Below the pieces are notes generated by a model. The model saw only the letters and a list, made by a program, of their open reading frames with translations. It had not been told where the DNA came from and did not search any database. From Takakia lepidozioides (taxonomy: Eukaryota; Plantae; Bryophyta), in the NCBI GenBank assembly GCA_030704615.1, contig CM060732.1, forward strand, positions 3,968,001 to 4,032,000: DNA of 64,000 nucleotides. Direction: 5' to 3'. The translations under genes and the position numbers were made by a program. Position 1 is the first letter of the stretch; every line of letters starts with the position of its first letter. Positions 38,301-52,189 of this stretch are shown here, in pieces.

Positions 38301-39883
38301 AAGCACGAACTTTGCTTATATCTAAGGGGCATGGAATGCGTGCAATGGCCTCCACCTTTGTCTGTTGAACACCCAATCCTCTAGGGTATATCATGTGGCC
38401 CAGATACTCAATCTGATCGTGGAAGAACTTGCACTTTCCAGGGTGCAGTTTCAATCCATGCGCCCTCAAGCGCTCAAACACCACCTGAAGGTGTCTCTCA
38501 TGCTCCTCAACCGTGGCACTAAAGATGATGTCATCAATGTAGCACCGGGCAAAGTCTAGCCCTGCAAGAATCTTATCCATGACCCTCTGAAACTCTGCAG
38601 GAGCATTCTTCAACCCAATTGGTAGGAAGCGCCATTGGTACAAACAATCCTTCCCATGCTGGTCAATCCCCCAGAATGTCGTCTTTTGCTTGTCAGCCTC
38701 TTTGATTGGCAACTGGTGATAACCCAATCGTAAGTCCAATGTACTAAACACCTTCGCATGCCCAATGGCATCAAAGATTTCTTCTGGAGTTGGCATGGCA
38801 TATCTATCAGACTTAGTCTGACGGTTCGCAGGACGATAGTCCCCACACATCCTTCTTTCTGTCCAATTGCCATAGATATCCTTCTTAGCTGGCATCACCG
38901 TTGCCGAGGCATACTCCCCGCCTGACAACTCCACCAATCCAGCTTCAAACAACTCCATAGTCCGTGACTGGATCAATGACCTCTGTATGTCACTATACCT
39001 GTAGGGCCTTCGAAAAATTGGCATGTCACTTGTCAAATCAATACGAATCTCCTGGCTCTTCAAACTCCCTAAATCCTTCAAATTGAAGGCAAAGCAATTT
39101 CTATAAGCCCTTAGAAATCGCCGGATCCTCCGTCTCTCTCCTCCGGTGACTGTAGGTCCAACATCTGGTTCCCAATTGTTCTCAGTGATTGCAACCTTGG
39201 GTACACCAGGCTTGGAGGTAGGAGACGCATCCGTTGATTGCTAGATAGCAACCTCTTGGGCCTTGTCCGCCCACCCTGACTGTGGCTTAGCCTCCACTTG
39301 CTCCGCGAGAGCCACCTTGAGAACATCCTCCGCAAAAGAAACATCCTCAACCTCTTCAAGAGTCTTGGCCACCTTGGCCTCCAACTGATCCTCCGTGTAT
39401 GGCTCTCCCCACTCCTCATATTTCTCCTTGAGAGATCCAATGACTCTCTCTTTCCGCATCTCATCCCACATCTGCCATGGGTGTTTAATCCATGATCTTG
39501 TGCTCGCCCCCACTCACTGCCTCCACCGTCCCGGTTGGCAGAGATGGTACAATATCCAATGGAAGTGCAGAAGTAGCCACCAATGCTTGCAATCTCCGTT
39601 GGTCAGCCATGCACAAGCCAATGACCCATGTCAAGCAATTGAGATCCATTGCCTGACCCAACACCTAGTGTCGTGCCGCCTCTGACAGAGCTAACACAGC
39701 TGTAGTGCCCGTGGCAAACCCCATTGCCCGCTCTCGCTCATCCGCACTAGGCTCCACCAATTGCTCACTTGGCATATGAGACCAAATGAAGTCCCAACAC
39801 ACAAAATACAAATATAAATATCGAAAATGTCTTAGTTAATTAGAAGTAGGTAATTCTAGTTAACCATGACTAAAACCATGACA
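35357..39883 (-). mobile_element. DNMT-PHD Gypsy-type retrotransposon, copy 3 (gag, protease and most of DNMT deleted; distal end not found)
   Basis: A1 TGTCATGG (39883-39764) is repeated at 35737-35618. PPT-like tract ~35826-35834; B1 35824-35740; junction GACAGCTGTC. Left boundary is approximate. Confidence 0.82.
36082..39763 (-). pseudogene. DNMT C-terminus-RT-RNase H-integrase-PHD remnant of copy 3
   Basis: QLVEPSADERERAMGF..VLGQAMDLNCL; RT ORF 37972..39081 with FARCYIDD; RNase H LHTDWS; AHEELGHFG; rve core; PHD CMLC..CDKC..HMGC..CPRC. Confidence 0.88.
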
Positions 39884-40189
39884 TGGCGGTTTGCTGCAGG
39901 TTTCGCTTGAGAAGACTGGCGGAGAATTGCGGCCCTACTTTGCAAGAGAACAACGTCTGCAGGTTTGTTAACACTTGCAGGACCTGTCTTGGCAGCCTCA
40001 CGGATTGCATGCGTATAACTCGTGCATCCGGGGGTGTATTCATCAGCAGTCCTTTTTTGGTTGTGGACTCCTGGGCTGCCTCCTCCATTGTCTCGTCGTT
40101 GGGGCCAGTCTGCTGCGCCCCAGCAGAGTCCGAGTATTCCTGGACAGGAGGAGACGGGGCAGACTCCTCCGCATGTGGAGTCGAGACTG

Positions 40190-40470
40190 GTACTGCAGGA
40201 GACTGGGCAGTCTGCTCCGCATGGGGAGTCTCCAAGTTTGATACCTGAGCTGCAGCAGACTGGACAGTCTGCTCCGCATGGGGAGTCTCCAAATCCGATA
40301 CTATAGTTACAGCAGACTGGATAGTCTACTCCGCATGGGGAGTCTCCAAGTCCGATACTGGTGCTGCAGCAGACTGGACAGTCTGCTCCACATGTGGAGT
40401 CTCCAAGTCCGGTACTGGTTTTGGAGGAGACTGGCCAATCTGCTCCTCATGGTCAGTCTCCATGTCCGTT
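40190..40470 (-). repeat. 57-bp coding-like tandem repeat (ETPHAEQTVQSAAAPVSDL)
   Basis: About five units of GCAGACTGGACAGTCTGCTCCGCATGGGGAGTCTCCAAG-like sequence. Confidence 0.75.
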
Positions 40471-41649
40471 GCTGGGGTTCTTGCAGCCAGAGTAGACTTC
40501 GGTTCAATTCTCTGTTCATTGTGGTCAGTTTGATGTACAGTGTGCATAGTTGTATGTCATGTTCCAGGAAAACAAAGGACGGACTTCGAGACGACATGGA
40601 AAAAAGGATACTACCTTCGAGCAGATTTCCAATTAGGCCGATATCTTGAATTTGGCAGCTCAGGCATGCTGCATCTAGGTCGGCAATTCCGCGGTCTTCA
40701 ATAGGACTTCCGCACCACAATACTTTGAAGACATGTGGTTTTTGCAAAACAATGTCAAAGACTGCTCGCTCCATGACCAATGCAAACCATTGCAATGCGT
40801 CATCCACCACACTCGGTTGTGATACTGTTGACGAATGCAGTAAGTCCATTCTCAAAGTCTGAAGTTCCTTGACCAATGTAGTATAAGAACGAAAGTTTCC
40901 AAATTGCATCCATCGATAATGAAGAAAAGATGCTGCCATTATCTCAAAGTCCTCCTGAGCTATTCCGAACAAGTGTTTTCTGCGCACCCCAAATGTTGGG
41001 TGTGCCATCATATGTCTGAGTTCCTGAGGACGTGGGTCATCCATGAGAATGAGCTGCATAAGCAGCGGCGGCTCATTGCGCACAATGGTGGCTTCATCTG
41101 CAATAGACTGCGCGGCTTGCAAAACATTCTGGGCTTCCTAAACTGAAAACTCCATTGCATAATGGAATGGAATGAAGGTCCAGCGGCAGTCCGTGACAAT
41201 ACAGTGGAGCTCATTATACTTGTCTACATGGCCATTCGTTTCTCCCACCCTAACTCGAGGAAGAGTCTGGGATGGGAGACAGATTGTTGCCCGTCTGTTG
41301 GTCCGCTGGGGCAGTCCGCTGGACTCCATGCCCGGCAATGGCAATCTGCTGGTTCGCAGTCTGCTGGATGACGGCCAGGATTGGCCGAGAGTCCTCCAAT
41401 CCTGCGGTGACTTGGGTGTGAAGAGGACTGCCTGACACTGTGCCCTCTCCACTATGGAATGTTGTATTGGCAGCGGCTGAGTTAGGGTATTTTAACAATA
41501 CATATTCCCGCACCTCGTCGACTTTAGTGCGCACCACATTCACTTGTAATGGAGGTGCTTGGCCGACCGAGCGCCAAGCAGAAATGGCCCTCCAAATACA
41601 TTCTCATTTATCCTGGATTAGGGCATAAAACAAAAGAATGTGAGGCAGC

Positions 41650-44300
41650 GGACAGGTGAACCCAGTCAGCAGACTGACAAACAAAGAGAAGCTAGAATGT
41701 ATTACTGGAGTACAGTGGACTCACCAGCGGACTATGTCAGCGGACTTACGAAAGACAGCGGACTGGCAAGTACACTCATCAGCGGTCTCATCAGCGGACT
41801 AACGGACTGAGAACCAAATACAAAGGTGGCGGACTGACGAGCGGGCAGATGAAATCAGTCAGCAGACTGACAAACTAAGAGAAGCTAGAGTGTACTATAG
41901 TGGAGTACAGTGGACTCACCAGGGGACTAGGTCAGCGGACTAGTAAGTAGACTCATCAACGGTCTAACGGACTGACAAGCAAACGGAGAAGACAGCGGAC
42001 TGAGTAGTAGCCACTACCTTGTCGTCGTCGTCGTCACTGTCGTCATCTTCAGACGCACTTTCTGTATCAGTACTGATTGTGTGGGTCTGCTGCGTAGGTG
42101 AGGCTGAGTCTGCTATGTGGAATTTGCCCTTGCCTCACGAGTAGACCTTGCAGCCTTCAGTCTTCCCTTTTTTAGGGCCCCATCACTGAGTTTCCATTTT
42201 CTGGGACCCTCCCGCGTTCCCTGCACATCTTCCATTGGCTGCGAATGCAAACTCCCTCCATACCGTTCGCGCACTTCCGCTATAGAGCGGGGTTTTGCAT
42301 CTGCTCCGCGCAGTCGCCTTGTTAACTGAGTCAAAGTCTTCATTGTTTTTTCTATGGGCCAAGGCTTGAAATTCGCTGGAATCCTGTCCTTCCGCTTGCA
42401 ACCCGTATCAACACAATGTCGGTTTAGCTGCACTTTTTCCTTTAGAACCACCTTGCAGAATGGACACTGCAGCCTATCCTTCTGCCAATTCGAGTCTTCG
42501 GGCTTCGCATCACGGAGGTCTATGAATGCTTCCACTATTTTGGCGTCATACTCCCTTGGTGAGTACCAGTACCTATGGTGGGTCTTTAACCGGGTTTCGT
42601 GTAAAAAAAGCACCCAATCCGCTCTACCCTTCACACAAGCATCCTCCACGGCTGCAGAATCAGACGAGGGATGTAAGGAGTTTGCGCAATACAAAGAGAA
42701 GAGCAGATGACCATAAGGAAGAACTCTACATCAGAATACAGCATGCAAAGAAGAGGAAGTGCAAACAACGAATCTGACCAACGCGAGGAAGAAGGTGGTC
42801 TGTGTGCGACGCTTCACGAAGCATTGCGACTCCCGGAATCGTGACGACTGCCTGCAGCGGAGACAAAACCAGAACGATCAAAGTAGTGGAAGAGAAAGAC
42901 AGAAGACGGAAGAGTGCCCACACCACCCAACATGGTGAGGCAAAGTCAAAATGACGAAAGAAGAGGACTGCGGACGTTGGGGCGGGCGGCGGAACGTGAA
43001 GTGGACGGATTTCACTGGCGCCGCATTCCTGCCGTCAACATTAAATACGTCCATCATAGTTGCACGTGCAGACATCGAACAGAGTGGAGGCACACCGGGC
43101 AGTCTGGTCGTCGCATTTATTGGATCCAGCAGACTGGTCGTGGCATTTATTACGTACAAGAGGCAGAGCGGGCCCAACAGACTGGCGGCAGCCGACTGGC
43201 GACAATAGACTGACGGGAGAACGAGCCAAAACATTATGACATGCGGCACGACAGACTGACGAGCAGACTGGCGGCACAACAGACTCATATCCAAGATGCG
43301 GTCTCCTGTAGACGGGCAAAAGAACGGACTGACGGGAGAACGAGCCAAAACAGATATACTGACGGGACAAGAGACTGGCAAGCAGACTGGCGGCCAAACA
43401 GACTCACAGATTGGCGGAAAAACACAATGGTATCCAACAGAAGGTGTCTTGTAGATAGGCAATACAACAGACTGACAAGAGAATGAGCAAAAAACACGTG
43501 GACTGACGGGACAACAGATTAGCGAGCAGACTGGCGGCACAATAGACTGATATCCAAGATGAGGTCTCTTGTAGGCTGACAATACAACAGACTGACGAGA
43601 GAACGAACCAAAACAGATAGACTGACGGGACGACAGACTAGCGAGCAGACTAGCGGCACAACAGACTGATATCCAATAGAAGGTGTCATGTGGATGGGCA
43701 GACTGACGGGAGAACGAGCCAAAACTCGTAGATGGACAGGAGTGCAACAGACTGATATCCCAACAATGAGTTACAACAGAGAAGAGACTGGCAGTAGAGA
43801 ACATTGAGAAAGTGAGCCGAACAGACTCATATCCATGGACAGTCCAGCAGACAGACTCAATATACAAGAAAAAGACTGAGGGGATAGATTGAACAGATTG
43901 ATAAAGTGATACTGATATCCATGGAGACGGAAGTTCAACAGACGGGTGGTTGAGTAGACTAACTCGAGAAGAACCCAAAAGAAAGGCGGGATATGAGACT
44001 GAGTGGCGCACATTGAAATTGAAGAGACAGACTACAAACTGACTGGCGGAACAACAGACTCATAAAGTGACAGCCTAACTTAGTGATATCGATGGACAAC
44101 AAAAGTCCAGAAGACGCGCGGTTGAACAAACTAACTGGAGAAGACGGCAATACACTGACTCATGCACCATCAGTCAAATTTGAACAGACCCGGAGCGAAA
44201 AGACTGGCGGCATGACAAAGCGATACAGTGACTGTCGAACAAACTCATAATATCCATACAGAACGAGTGTGAAGCAGACGGGCTCAAAGACGGTCCAACA
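41650..44300. repeat. Degenerate CAGACTG/CGGACTGAC-rich repeat region of an unclassified element
   Basis: Dense AGACTGAC/GGACTGAC/AGACTGGCGG motifs with longer degenerate units at 43200-43760. The same motifs resume at 53260-53400, after the LTR insertion. Confidence 0.55.
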
Positions 44301-44840
44301 GGCAAAAATTGCAAACAGGCTTGCAGCACGCCAGATTCACAAAGTGACAAGTGTAGTAGATGAATATGGAGGGCACTGATGGCCCGGGGGCACAACAACC
44401 TGATGAAGTGAGAGTCGAACAGACTCACTTGCATATAGAATTGGTGTCCACCAAGGAAGAGGAACCAGTCGTAAGGACCTCAAATATCCCCATATGCATT
44501 TGTGGCATGCACTTGTCTCAGTTTGGTCGTGTCCTTGCAAATTGGACAATGGACCACTTCTGCTGCTGCTCCCACAAGGAGACTGCAAACTGAGACATGT
44601 GCAAGTGCATGTGGATGTTTCAGGGCCGTACGACTGCATCCTGTTCCGCTAACATGATGAGCAGTAATGCTGGATAACCCCCGAAAGAGACCTCTGTCAC
44701 ATGATCTGGATCCTTCAAAAAACATTATTTCTTGGGGATGTCCGCCCTTCTACACAACCTTCTACACGGTCGGATGCAAAATGCTTGTATTTTATGAAAT
44801 ACGAGAAGAAATGTGCAATGTATACACGCCCCATGTGCAT

Positions 44841-45565
44841 TGTCACGGCCCTTTGCCTTGAGGGTAGGGGGTCGGGACACAAGAGGGGCTGCCCCTGTGG
44901 TGGGGGCAGTGGCAACAATAGGTATGGGGGTTGAATCACCCTTGAGTGCCCAAGGCACTCAAGGAGGCGGAGGCTCTCACTAGGTGGAGCCCCGCACACC
45001 GGGTTGCGGTGGGGGTGGTTCCACGAGGGGTGGTGGTAGCTTAGTGGGTCTTAGTGGGGGTGACATAGGATTCACCATGGGGCTGAGACCTTGTGGTGGG
45101 AGTCGTGGGGAGTCTTGGGACTCATCACGGTCCATTGGGGCCGTGGTGGGTGGGCCAAGACTTACCACGACTCATCACCGGGAATCAAGGGTCTTCGTGG
45201 TGGTTCGCCATAAAAGGACTGTGTTGTTTGTGAAACCCCCACGGACAATCACAGAAGTATATATATACGGAGTAGTAACCCCGAGAACGGTGCAAGCCTG
45301 TTGGTGACCAAAAACTAGAGTAAGCGTGCGAGCCGGAATGCAACCAAGGCGTGGGGAGCTGTTCCGGACTACCAACAACCAAAGGAAATTTCCACTAGGC
45401 CCAAAGTGTGCGAGGGTCTCGTGGAGGAGCAAAGGGGGACTGTTATGCCTCGGTGAGCAGCCGAAGCTCCGAGTTGGCCCGGCGGCCAGTTTGGGAGTTA
45501 AGCGCGCGCATCAAAGCGAGTAACTATGACTTGAAGGGGAGCTTACCGAAGTGAGGTGCGCGACA
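44841..45565 (+). repeat. 5' LTR
   Basis: TGTCACGG...GCGCGACA; similar to 52190-52904. Confidence 0.95.
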
Positions 45566-45567
45566 CT

Positions 45568-45579
45568 TGGTATCAGAGC
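45568..45579 (+). promoter_or_regulatory. Primer binding site (initiator tRNA-Met)
   Basis: TGGTATCAGAGC lies 2 nt after the 5' LTR. Confidence 0.92.
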
Positions 45580-45620
45580 TTAGAGTTCAGTATGTGATCG
45601 TCCTTGACATCGGCCTCACC

Positions 45621-48600
45621 ATGGGGTCGGGCAAGACAAAGCAAAAGCGGAACGGCCCGAAAGAAAATGATCTTGGTGAGCCCGGTAGGGGCGACGTGTC
45701 ACCGGAGCGGCAACTAGAAGAGGCGATTTATGCTTCTGAAAGTGAGGCCGCTCAAGAATGGGAGGAATTTGGGGAGTCGGAGCCCGAGGACTTCCCAAAG
45801 GCTCCACCAAACCAACAGATGTCTCCCATGCCAGCAACCTTTTGGGAAGGGCTTCTGGCACAGTTTGGTGGGACACTAAAGAACGTAATGAAAGCTGCCA
45901 ACGCCACTTCCACTAAGGCAAAGTTTAAGGTGAAGCCTAAGGAACCCGACACCTTTGAGGGCGTCCAAAATTGGAAGGCACTCAACACCTGGCTGCTGGA
46001 GCTAGAGCAGTACTTCCGGGCGGCCAAGTTGAGTGACGAGGATCAGGTGGAAGTGGCACCCACCTATTTGAGGGGTTATGCTCAACAATGGTGGCAGAAA
46101 CGTCTTCAGGACCAAGGGCCAGACCGAGAGACATAGTTCGTGCCCCTCAACGCGTCCTGCCTCGCCCGAGACGATGAGAAACTTGAAGCAAACGGATGAC
46201 ATTCGGGGATACATTCAGGCTTTCAATGTGTTGTTGCTCGAAATCGCAGATATGGCGGAACGAGAAATGGTCTTCAACTTTGTGATGGGACTGGCCCCGT
46301 GGGCCAGGCGGAAGTTGGAGGAGAAGCCACCTAAGACTTTGAACGAGGCAATTGAAAGGGCTGAATGCTTATCGGATGTCCCTAGGGGCGAAAGACAAGG
46401 CCGTACAGAGCTGAACCACAAGAAGGTCCGGCGGGAGGGTGACTCCTTCCGACCGGAAAAGAAGTGGGATAGGCCACGCGGCGACAATGGCACATGGAAA
46501 TCAAAGGGAGGGCCTTCACACGTCAAGGCGGCACCCGGTGCTCCAAAAGAAAAATCAGGTGCGCGCGGCTTATGGCGGACAGAAGGCGACCTTTGATGGA
46601 GTGTGCTTTAATTGCAAGGAGCCCAGGCACAAGGCCAAGAAGTGCGTGAAACCCCAACAATTGAACATGACTCGGGCGATCACGGAGTTGTCTGAAGATT
46701 CCATCAGCCGCTTGGTGGAGGCGGTGGTCGCCAAGACTTGCAAAGTAGGCAACTACTCTTGTGAGTTGTATAATGAGACTGGAGCCTTGCGTAAAGGGAG
46801 TCAGTTAATGTTCGTGAGCGGAATAATTTCCGGAACTAACGTGTCGTTGTTGGTGGACACAGGAGCGTCGCACTCCTTCATGACACCAGCAACGGCACGG
46901 AAGTTGGGGCTCCCGGCAAGTGATGTGAGGGCATCTATTGAAGTGCGTTCTGCCAAAAGAGATTCACAACTGGTGACGAGGTTGGCGTTCCATGTTCCTC
47001 TTCAGTTGGGGAGTTGGGAGGGACGTGAGAACTTCACCATTTGTGAGATCGATGGAGTGGATCTCATTTTGGGGATGACCTTTTTGAGCGAATCCGAAGC
47101 GGTTATAGATGGCCGCAAGAGAGTAGTCACGCTACCGTGTGGGAATGGTGGCAAAGTTTTATGGGTGTTGGAAACGCCCAACCGAGTGGGAGATCGAATA
47201 AACCTGCTGATAGCAAAAGAGTGGGCCGTGGAGGAGCCACACGAGCCCCAATTTTTGCTTTACGTGAGACAAGTGGAAGGAGAAGTCGATAGGGAGCTGA
47301 GCCTAGATTGGATCAAGGGGATCCTGGAGAAATACCAGGATGTGATGCCGGAGGATTTACCAAGCGGCTTGCCACCGCGAAGAGGAGTTGACCACAAGAT
47401 AGAGGTGATACCGGGATCGGAGCCGCCTGCCAAGGCGCCCTACTAGTTGAGCCACAAAGAGTTGGTCGAGCTGAAGACCTAGCTCAAGGATCTAATGGCA
47501 AAGGGGTACATCTGGCCGAGTAAGTCACCTTACGGAGCCCCGGCACTATTCGTAGATAAGAAGGATGGGACGCTGTCGATGTGTGTCAGCTCTGAATAAG
47601 GTGACTATAAAAAACCGGTACCCTTTGCCAAGGATCGACGACCTCTTCGATCGGTTGGCAGGAGCAAAGTATTTCAGCCGGATCGATTTACGTTCGGGTT
47701 ACCACCAGATCCGGATAGCGGAAAGAGATGAGGACAAGGTATGATTTATACGAATTTTTGGTGATGCCTTTTGGGCTCATCAACGCGCCAGCAACCTTTA
47801 GCACCTTGATGAACTGCCTCTTTCAGGAGTGGTTGGATAACTTTGTGATCGTGTACATCGATGACATCTTGGTATACTCAAAAACGAAGGAAAAACACTT
47901 GGAGCACCTAGAAAAGGTGTTCCAGAAATTGCGGGAAGGGAAGCTGTATGCCAAAGCTTCAAAGTGCGAATTAGGGGTCACAAAAGTGGAGTTCCTAGGG
48001 CATGTGATTACACAGGATGGGATCAAAATGGATGACAGAAAAGTGAGGGCGATCTTGGACTGGGAACCTCCGACTTCGGTCCCGAGAGTGCGATCTTTCC
48101 TAGGACTCGCATCCTATTACTGAAAGTATGTGAGAAATTTCACCAAGATCGCGGGGCCGCTGTCAGACCTTCTATGTAAGTCCAAGGTATGGGTATGGAA
48201 CACCTTTTGTGGCAAGCTTTTGCCGAGTTGAAGCAGCGGATGGCGGAAGCTCAAGTCTTGAAAATCCCGGAGTTCGACCGTCCATTTGAGATTCATACAG
48301 ATGTGTCGGACTTCGCAATCGGGGGTGTGCTCATGCAGGATGGACGTCCAGCGGCTTACGAAAAATAAGAAACTGAATGAAGTGGAGCGACGGTGGCCTA
48401 TGCACGAAAAAGAAATGAAGGCGGTGGTACATTGCCTTGAGCTTTGGCCCCACTATGTTGGTTCCAACCCGGTGAAGGTGTTCACAGACAATGTCACGGT
48501 GAAGTATTTTGCCACACAGCCTAAGTTGTCCCCAAAACAACTTAGGTGGCAAGACACTTTGGCAGTGTTCAACGTGGATATCTAGTACAAACCGAGACGA

Positions 48601-51275
48601 GACAATGTGGTGGCCGATGCTTTAAGTAGAAAGCAGCAGCTTATGTTGGTGTACAGAGGCGAGACGGCACTCCAAAGGAAGAACCGGGAGGCTTACCGGA
48701 AGGATGAAATGACGAAGTCCGTGATGTGCGGGACTTGAGGTTGGGGGTTAAATCGCAGTTCCACTTGCATAATGGACTGCTCCGGTACAAGCAAAAGCAT
48801 CTCTATGTGCCGAAGGGAGCACTACAACAAATTGGGGGGGGGGGGGTTTGCGACGCCCCCACGCCCCGCGCGGCACTAAGCCCGCGACGCCAAGTCCGCG
48901 GCAGTTTTTGGCGACGTTCCGGCGTCGCAATCCCCCGCTGCGACATCATTACGACGCCCAGCCGTCGTAAAGTGGCATGAAGGGGGAAAGAGGGCCCTCG
49001 CTGCGACGGATTTTTTTCCTTGCGACGCCCCGACGTCGAAAATCCAAAAATAAAAAAATAAAAAAATAAAAAATATTTAGACGTTGCGACGCCGAGGCGT
49101 CGCAAAAGCGTCACTAAGGGCGCCCCAGCGCCTCTGCGACGCCAGGGCGTCGCAACAACATCACCACAGTGAGAGTTTTTTTTTTTTTTTTTTTTTGGGC
49201 TTTGCGGCCCTCAACTTCACGAAAGCGTCGCTGGGGGCGCCCCACGCTGGGACGCCCAACGTTGCGATGTCAGGGGGTCGCAACGGCGTCGCCACATGAG
49301 GTCGCAATGGTGTTGTGGTCAGCTTAGGTCCACACAAGGACGTCGTTTGGGGCGCCTGGCGGTGGCGGGGTACAACAACGGCGACGATGCTGGAGTTGGG
49401 GCTGGGGCTGGGGCTGGGCACTAAGGGTGTGGAGGTTGCAACTCCCCGGCGTCACAAGAGAGACCCCCTTAGAAAAGGAACTTGAAATAACTCTTTATAT
49501 GTATATATATATTGCTTTTGTGATACATAGATGTAGCGTAGGTATATTGGTTAGTTTGTAGTGTCTTAGAAATGTTATAACGTGGAGGTCTTAGGTTCAA
49601 GTATACGTTGCATAATATATGTAGAACAATGAACATATCGCCATTAGACAGAACCGGAGTCAATGGTCAACGCCGAAGTCAATGGTCAACAAGTTTTTGA
49701 AATTCAAATTTTCTCGCCTAAATTCAAATGTATCTCCTTAAATTGTGACGTCCGGGCGTCGCACTTTGCGACCCCCGGACGGTGCTAATTCTGCATTGCA
49801 GAATATGGTTTTTTTTTTTTTTTTTTTTTTTTTCGACGCCCGTGCGCCGCAAATTTGCGACGTTTTTTTGACGACGTCCGGACTTCGCAAATTTGGTTTT
49901 TTTCCCTACCCGAAAAGGGCTGTTTTACGACGCCGCAACGTCGAAACCCCCCCCCCTTTTTCCTGTAGTGGAGGGATCAGAAATAGTCTCTTGAGATAAT
50001 GCCACGATGGCCCGCTTGTGGGCCACGGCGGAGCCAAGCGCACCGCGGCACTCTTGAAGAAAGAGTATTTATGGCCCGAACTGAGGGAAGAGGCCGAGGA
50101 GTATGTCAAGACATGCACCACATGCCAACAAAACCGGAGCGAGTACAAAAAACAAGCAGGGCTGTTACAACCCTTGCCGATTCCAGAGGGGTATTGGAAA
50201 AATGTCTCGATGGATTTCATGACTGCTTTGCCGCTGTCAAAAGGATTTGATGCAATCATGGTGGTGGTGGATAGGTTCAGTAAAATGGGTCATTTCATCC
50301 CCACCAAGGAGACGATAACGGCGCAAGAGACGGGACGACTTTACTTCGCCCACGTCTTCAAGCATCATGGACTCCCGAAGGATATTGTCTCGGACCGCGA
50401 TCCAAAGTTTACAAGCAAATTTGAGAGGACACTTTGGAAAAAAATGGGGACGAGGCTCAAGATGAGCACGGCCTTCCGACCTACAACGGAAGGCCAAACG
50501 GAAAGAGTGAACTCCGTGGTGAAACAGATCTTGCGGAATTATGTGTCGGCAGACCAGTCGGACTGGGTGAAGCACTTGGATGCGGCAGAGTTCTGTTATA
50601 ATAACACAGAACACTCCACAACGAGAGTTTCCCCTTTCGTATTGGTCTATGGAAAAGCACCTCTGGTGCCGACAAGTTGGGCCGCCCAGGACGGTGAGGA
50701 ACCGGCAGCAGCAGCGGTGCTGGAAGAACACGAGCGTTTGTTGGAGCTCGCAAAGTACAACATTGCCAAAACTAGAAAACGGTATGAACGGTAGGCGAAT
50801 CGGAAGCGAATGGAGGTTAAGTTTGAGGCAGGCACGGAGGTCTGGTTGAACATCAAGAATTTTCAACTACCTCTGGAAGTGTCCAAAGTTCGTACCTCCG
50901 TATGCGGGGCCCTTTCGCATCCGGAAGGTTATGAATGAAGATGTTTATGAATTGGAGCTGCCAGCAAACAGCAGGGTGCATCCAGTATTCCACGTTTCTC
51001 TTCTGAAGCCTTACTTCAAAGATGAAGCGCGTCCGAATTGGCATCAAGTGTTGCGTCCGCCACTTGTGCTGTTGGATCATGAAAATGAACCTGAGTATGA
51101 GATGGAGGCAATGCTAAAGTCGAGGAGGTTCAAGAATCGAGAAACGGAGTATTTCGTGAAATGAAAGGGCTATCATCAAGTGGAGGCAACTTGGGTGCGT
51201 GCCTCAAAAATGGAAAACGCATCCGAGGCGGTGACAGCTTTCGAAGGGCGACCTCAAAAGCGGAAGAAGCGTTGA
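45621..51275 (+). pseudogene. gag-pol remnant with C-terminal chromodomain
   Basis: PKEPDTFEG..YLRGYAQQWW; CFNCKEPRHKAKKC; LVDTGAS; VYIDDIL; SMDFMT, SDRDPKF, EGQTERVN; GPF motif; VHPVFHVSLLKP; chromodomain EYEMEAML..EYFVK*KGY..ATW. Contains stops and frameshifts. Confidence 0.9.
48820..49970. mobile_element. Non-autonomous CACTA (EnSpm) element nested in the integrase region
   Basis: CACTACA...TGTAGTG termini; 3-bp TSD GAG (48817-48819, 49971-49973); many TGCGACGCC/GGCGTCGCA subterminal repeats. Confidence 0.92.
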
Positions 51276-52189
51276 TGGGGACATCAACCTTTGGACTTGG
51301 GGGAGAAAATGCATACTTAGTCCGGCTTAGCTAGCTCAAGAATCCGATTGCAAAAACTTGTGTTGTAAAGATTTTTGTTTATAAATGAAATGGTTTCCAA
51401 ATGTTGTGCTGCCTATTTCGTTTGGAATGGTGATGCATGGTATGGTTGGCTAGTGTGTAGAATGCATGCTAGCTTACAAAAGTGAGAGAGGTAAATTGGA
51501 TTAATCGTGTGTTTGCGCAGTGCCGAAATCGGGTGACTCTCGTCCAAGGGGCAAGGAAACTTGCACCTTCTTTGAGAGTTCATGTGCTAGTGCGCACCTG
51601 GCGTGTGCGCGTACTATAACTGCACTACCGAGGGGGTTGTCTTGTAGTGTGGGCTAACACGGAAGCTACGTGCTTCCGTTCACGTACTATAATCGTGTAG
51701 CCTCGGGACGAAGTCGTAGTGCGGCTTTGGCATGTTCCCGTACCTCAGGCCATAATTCCAAGGCGGACCCAATTGTAGTGATTGGGGCGTCCGGTTGGTT
51801 CAAGGTTATCTTCCTAGTCAAAAAAAGGTTCAAAGTGAACCCTTGCTCAAGGTGATGCCAAAAAAAAAAAAAAACATCATAAACGGTCGCAAGCAATGTT
51901 GTTGCAGTAAGGCGATTCGATCCTCGGGGAGGATCGTTCCATGGCCTCGAAATGGGCCAAGAAGAGTGCACTGGGTGGAGCTTGAGAGGCTCCACCCTTG
52001 GCCGGGACTTGGAGGAAGTCGGCCGAACTAGCTAGTGGAGAGTAGAGTCAAGTGGGGGTTTGGTTCTTTGCCATGGGACACCATGGTACGGAAACAAACT
52101 CATTGATGTGGGACGCCACAACTTGGATGTTAGTTTTTACAAAACGGACAAGTTGATGAGGACATCGACTCCCTGTTGGTAGGGGTGTG

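Noticed and set aside
42878-44011. 377-aa Ser/Val/Cys-rich ORF
   Set aside because: Reads through CAGACTG repeats; no domain motif.
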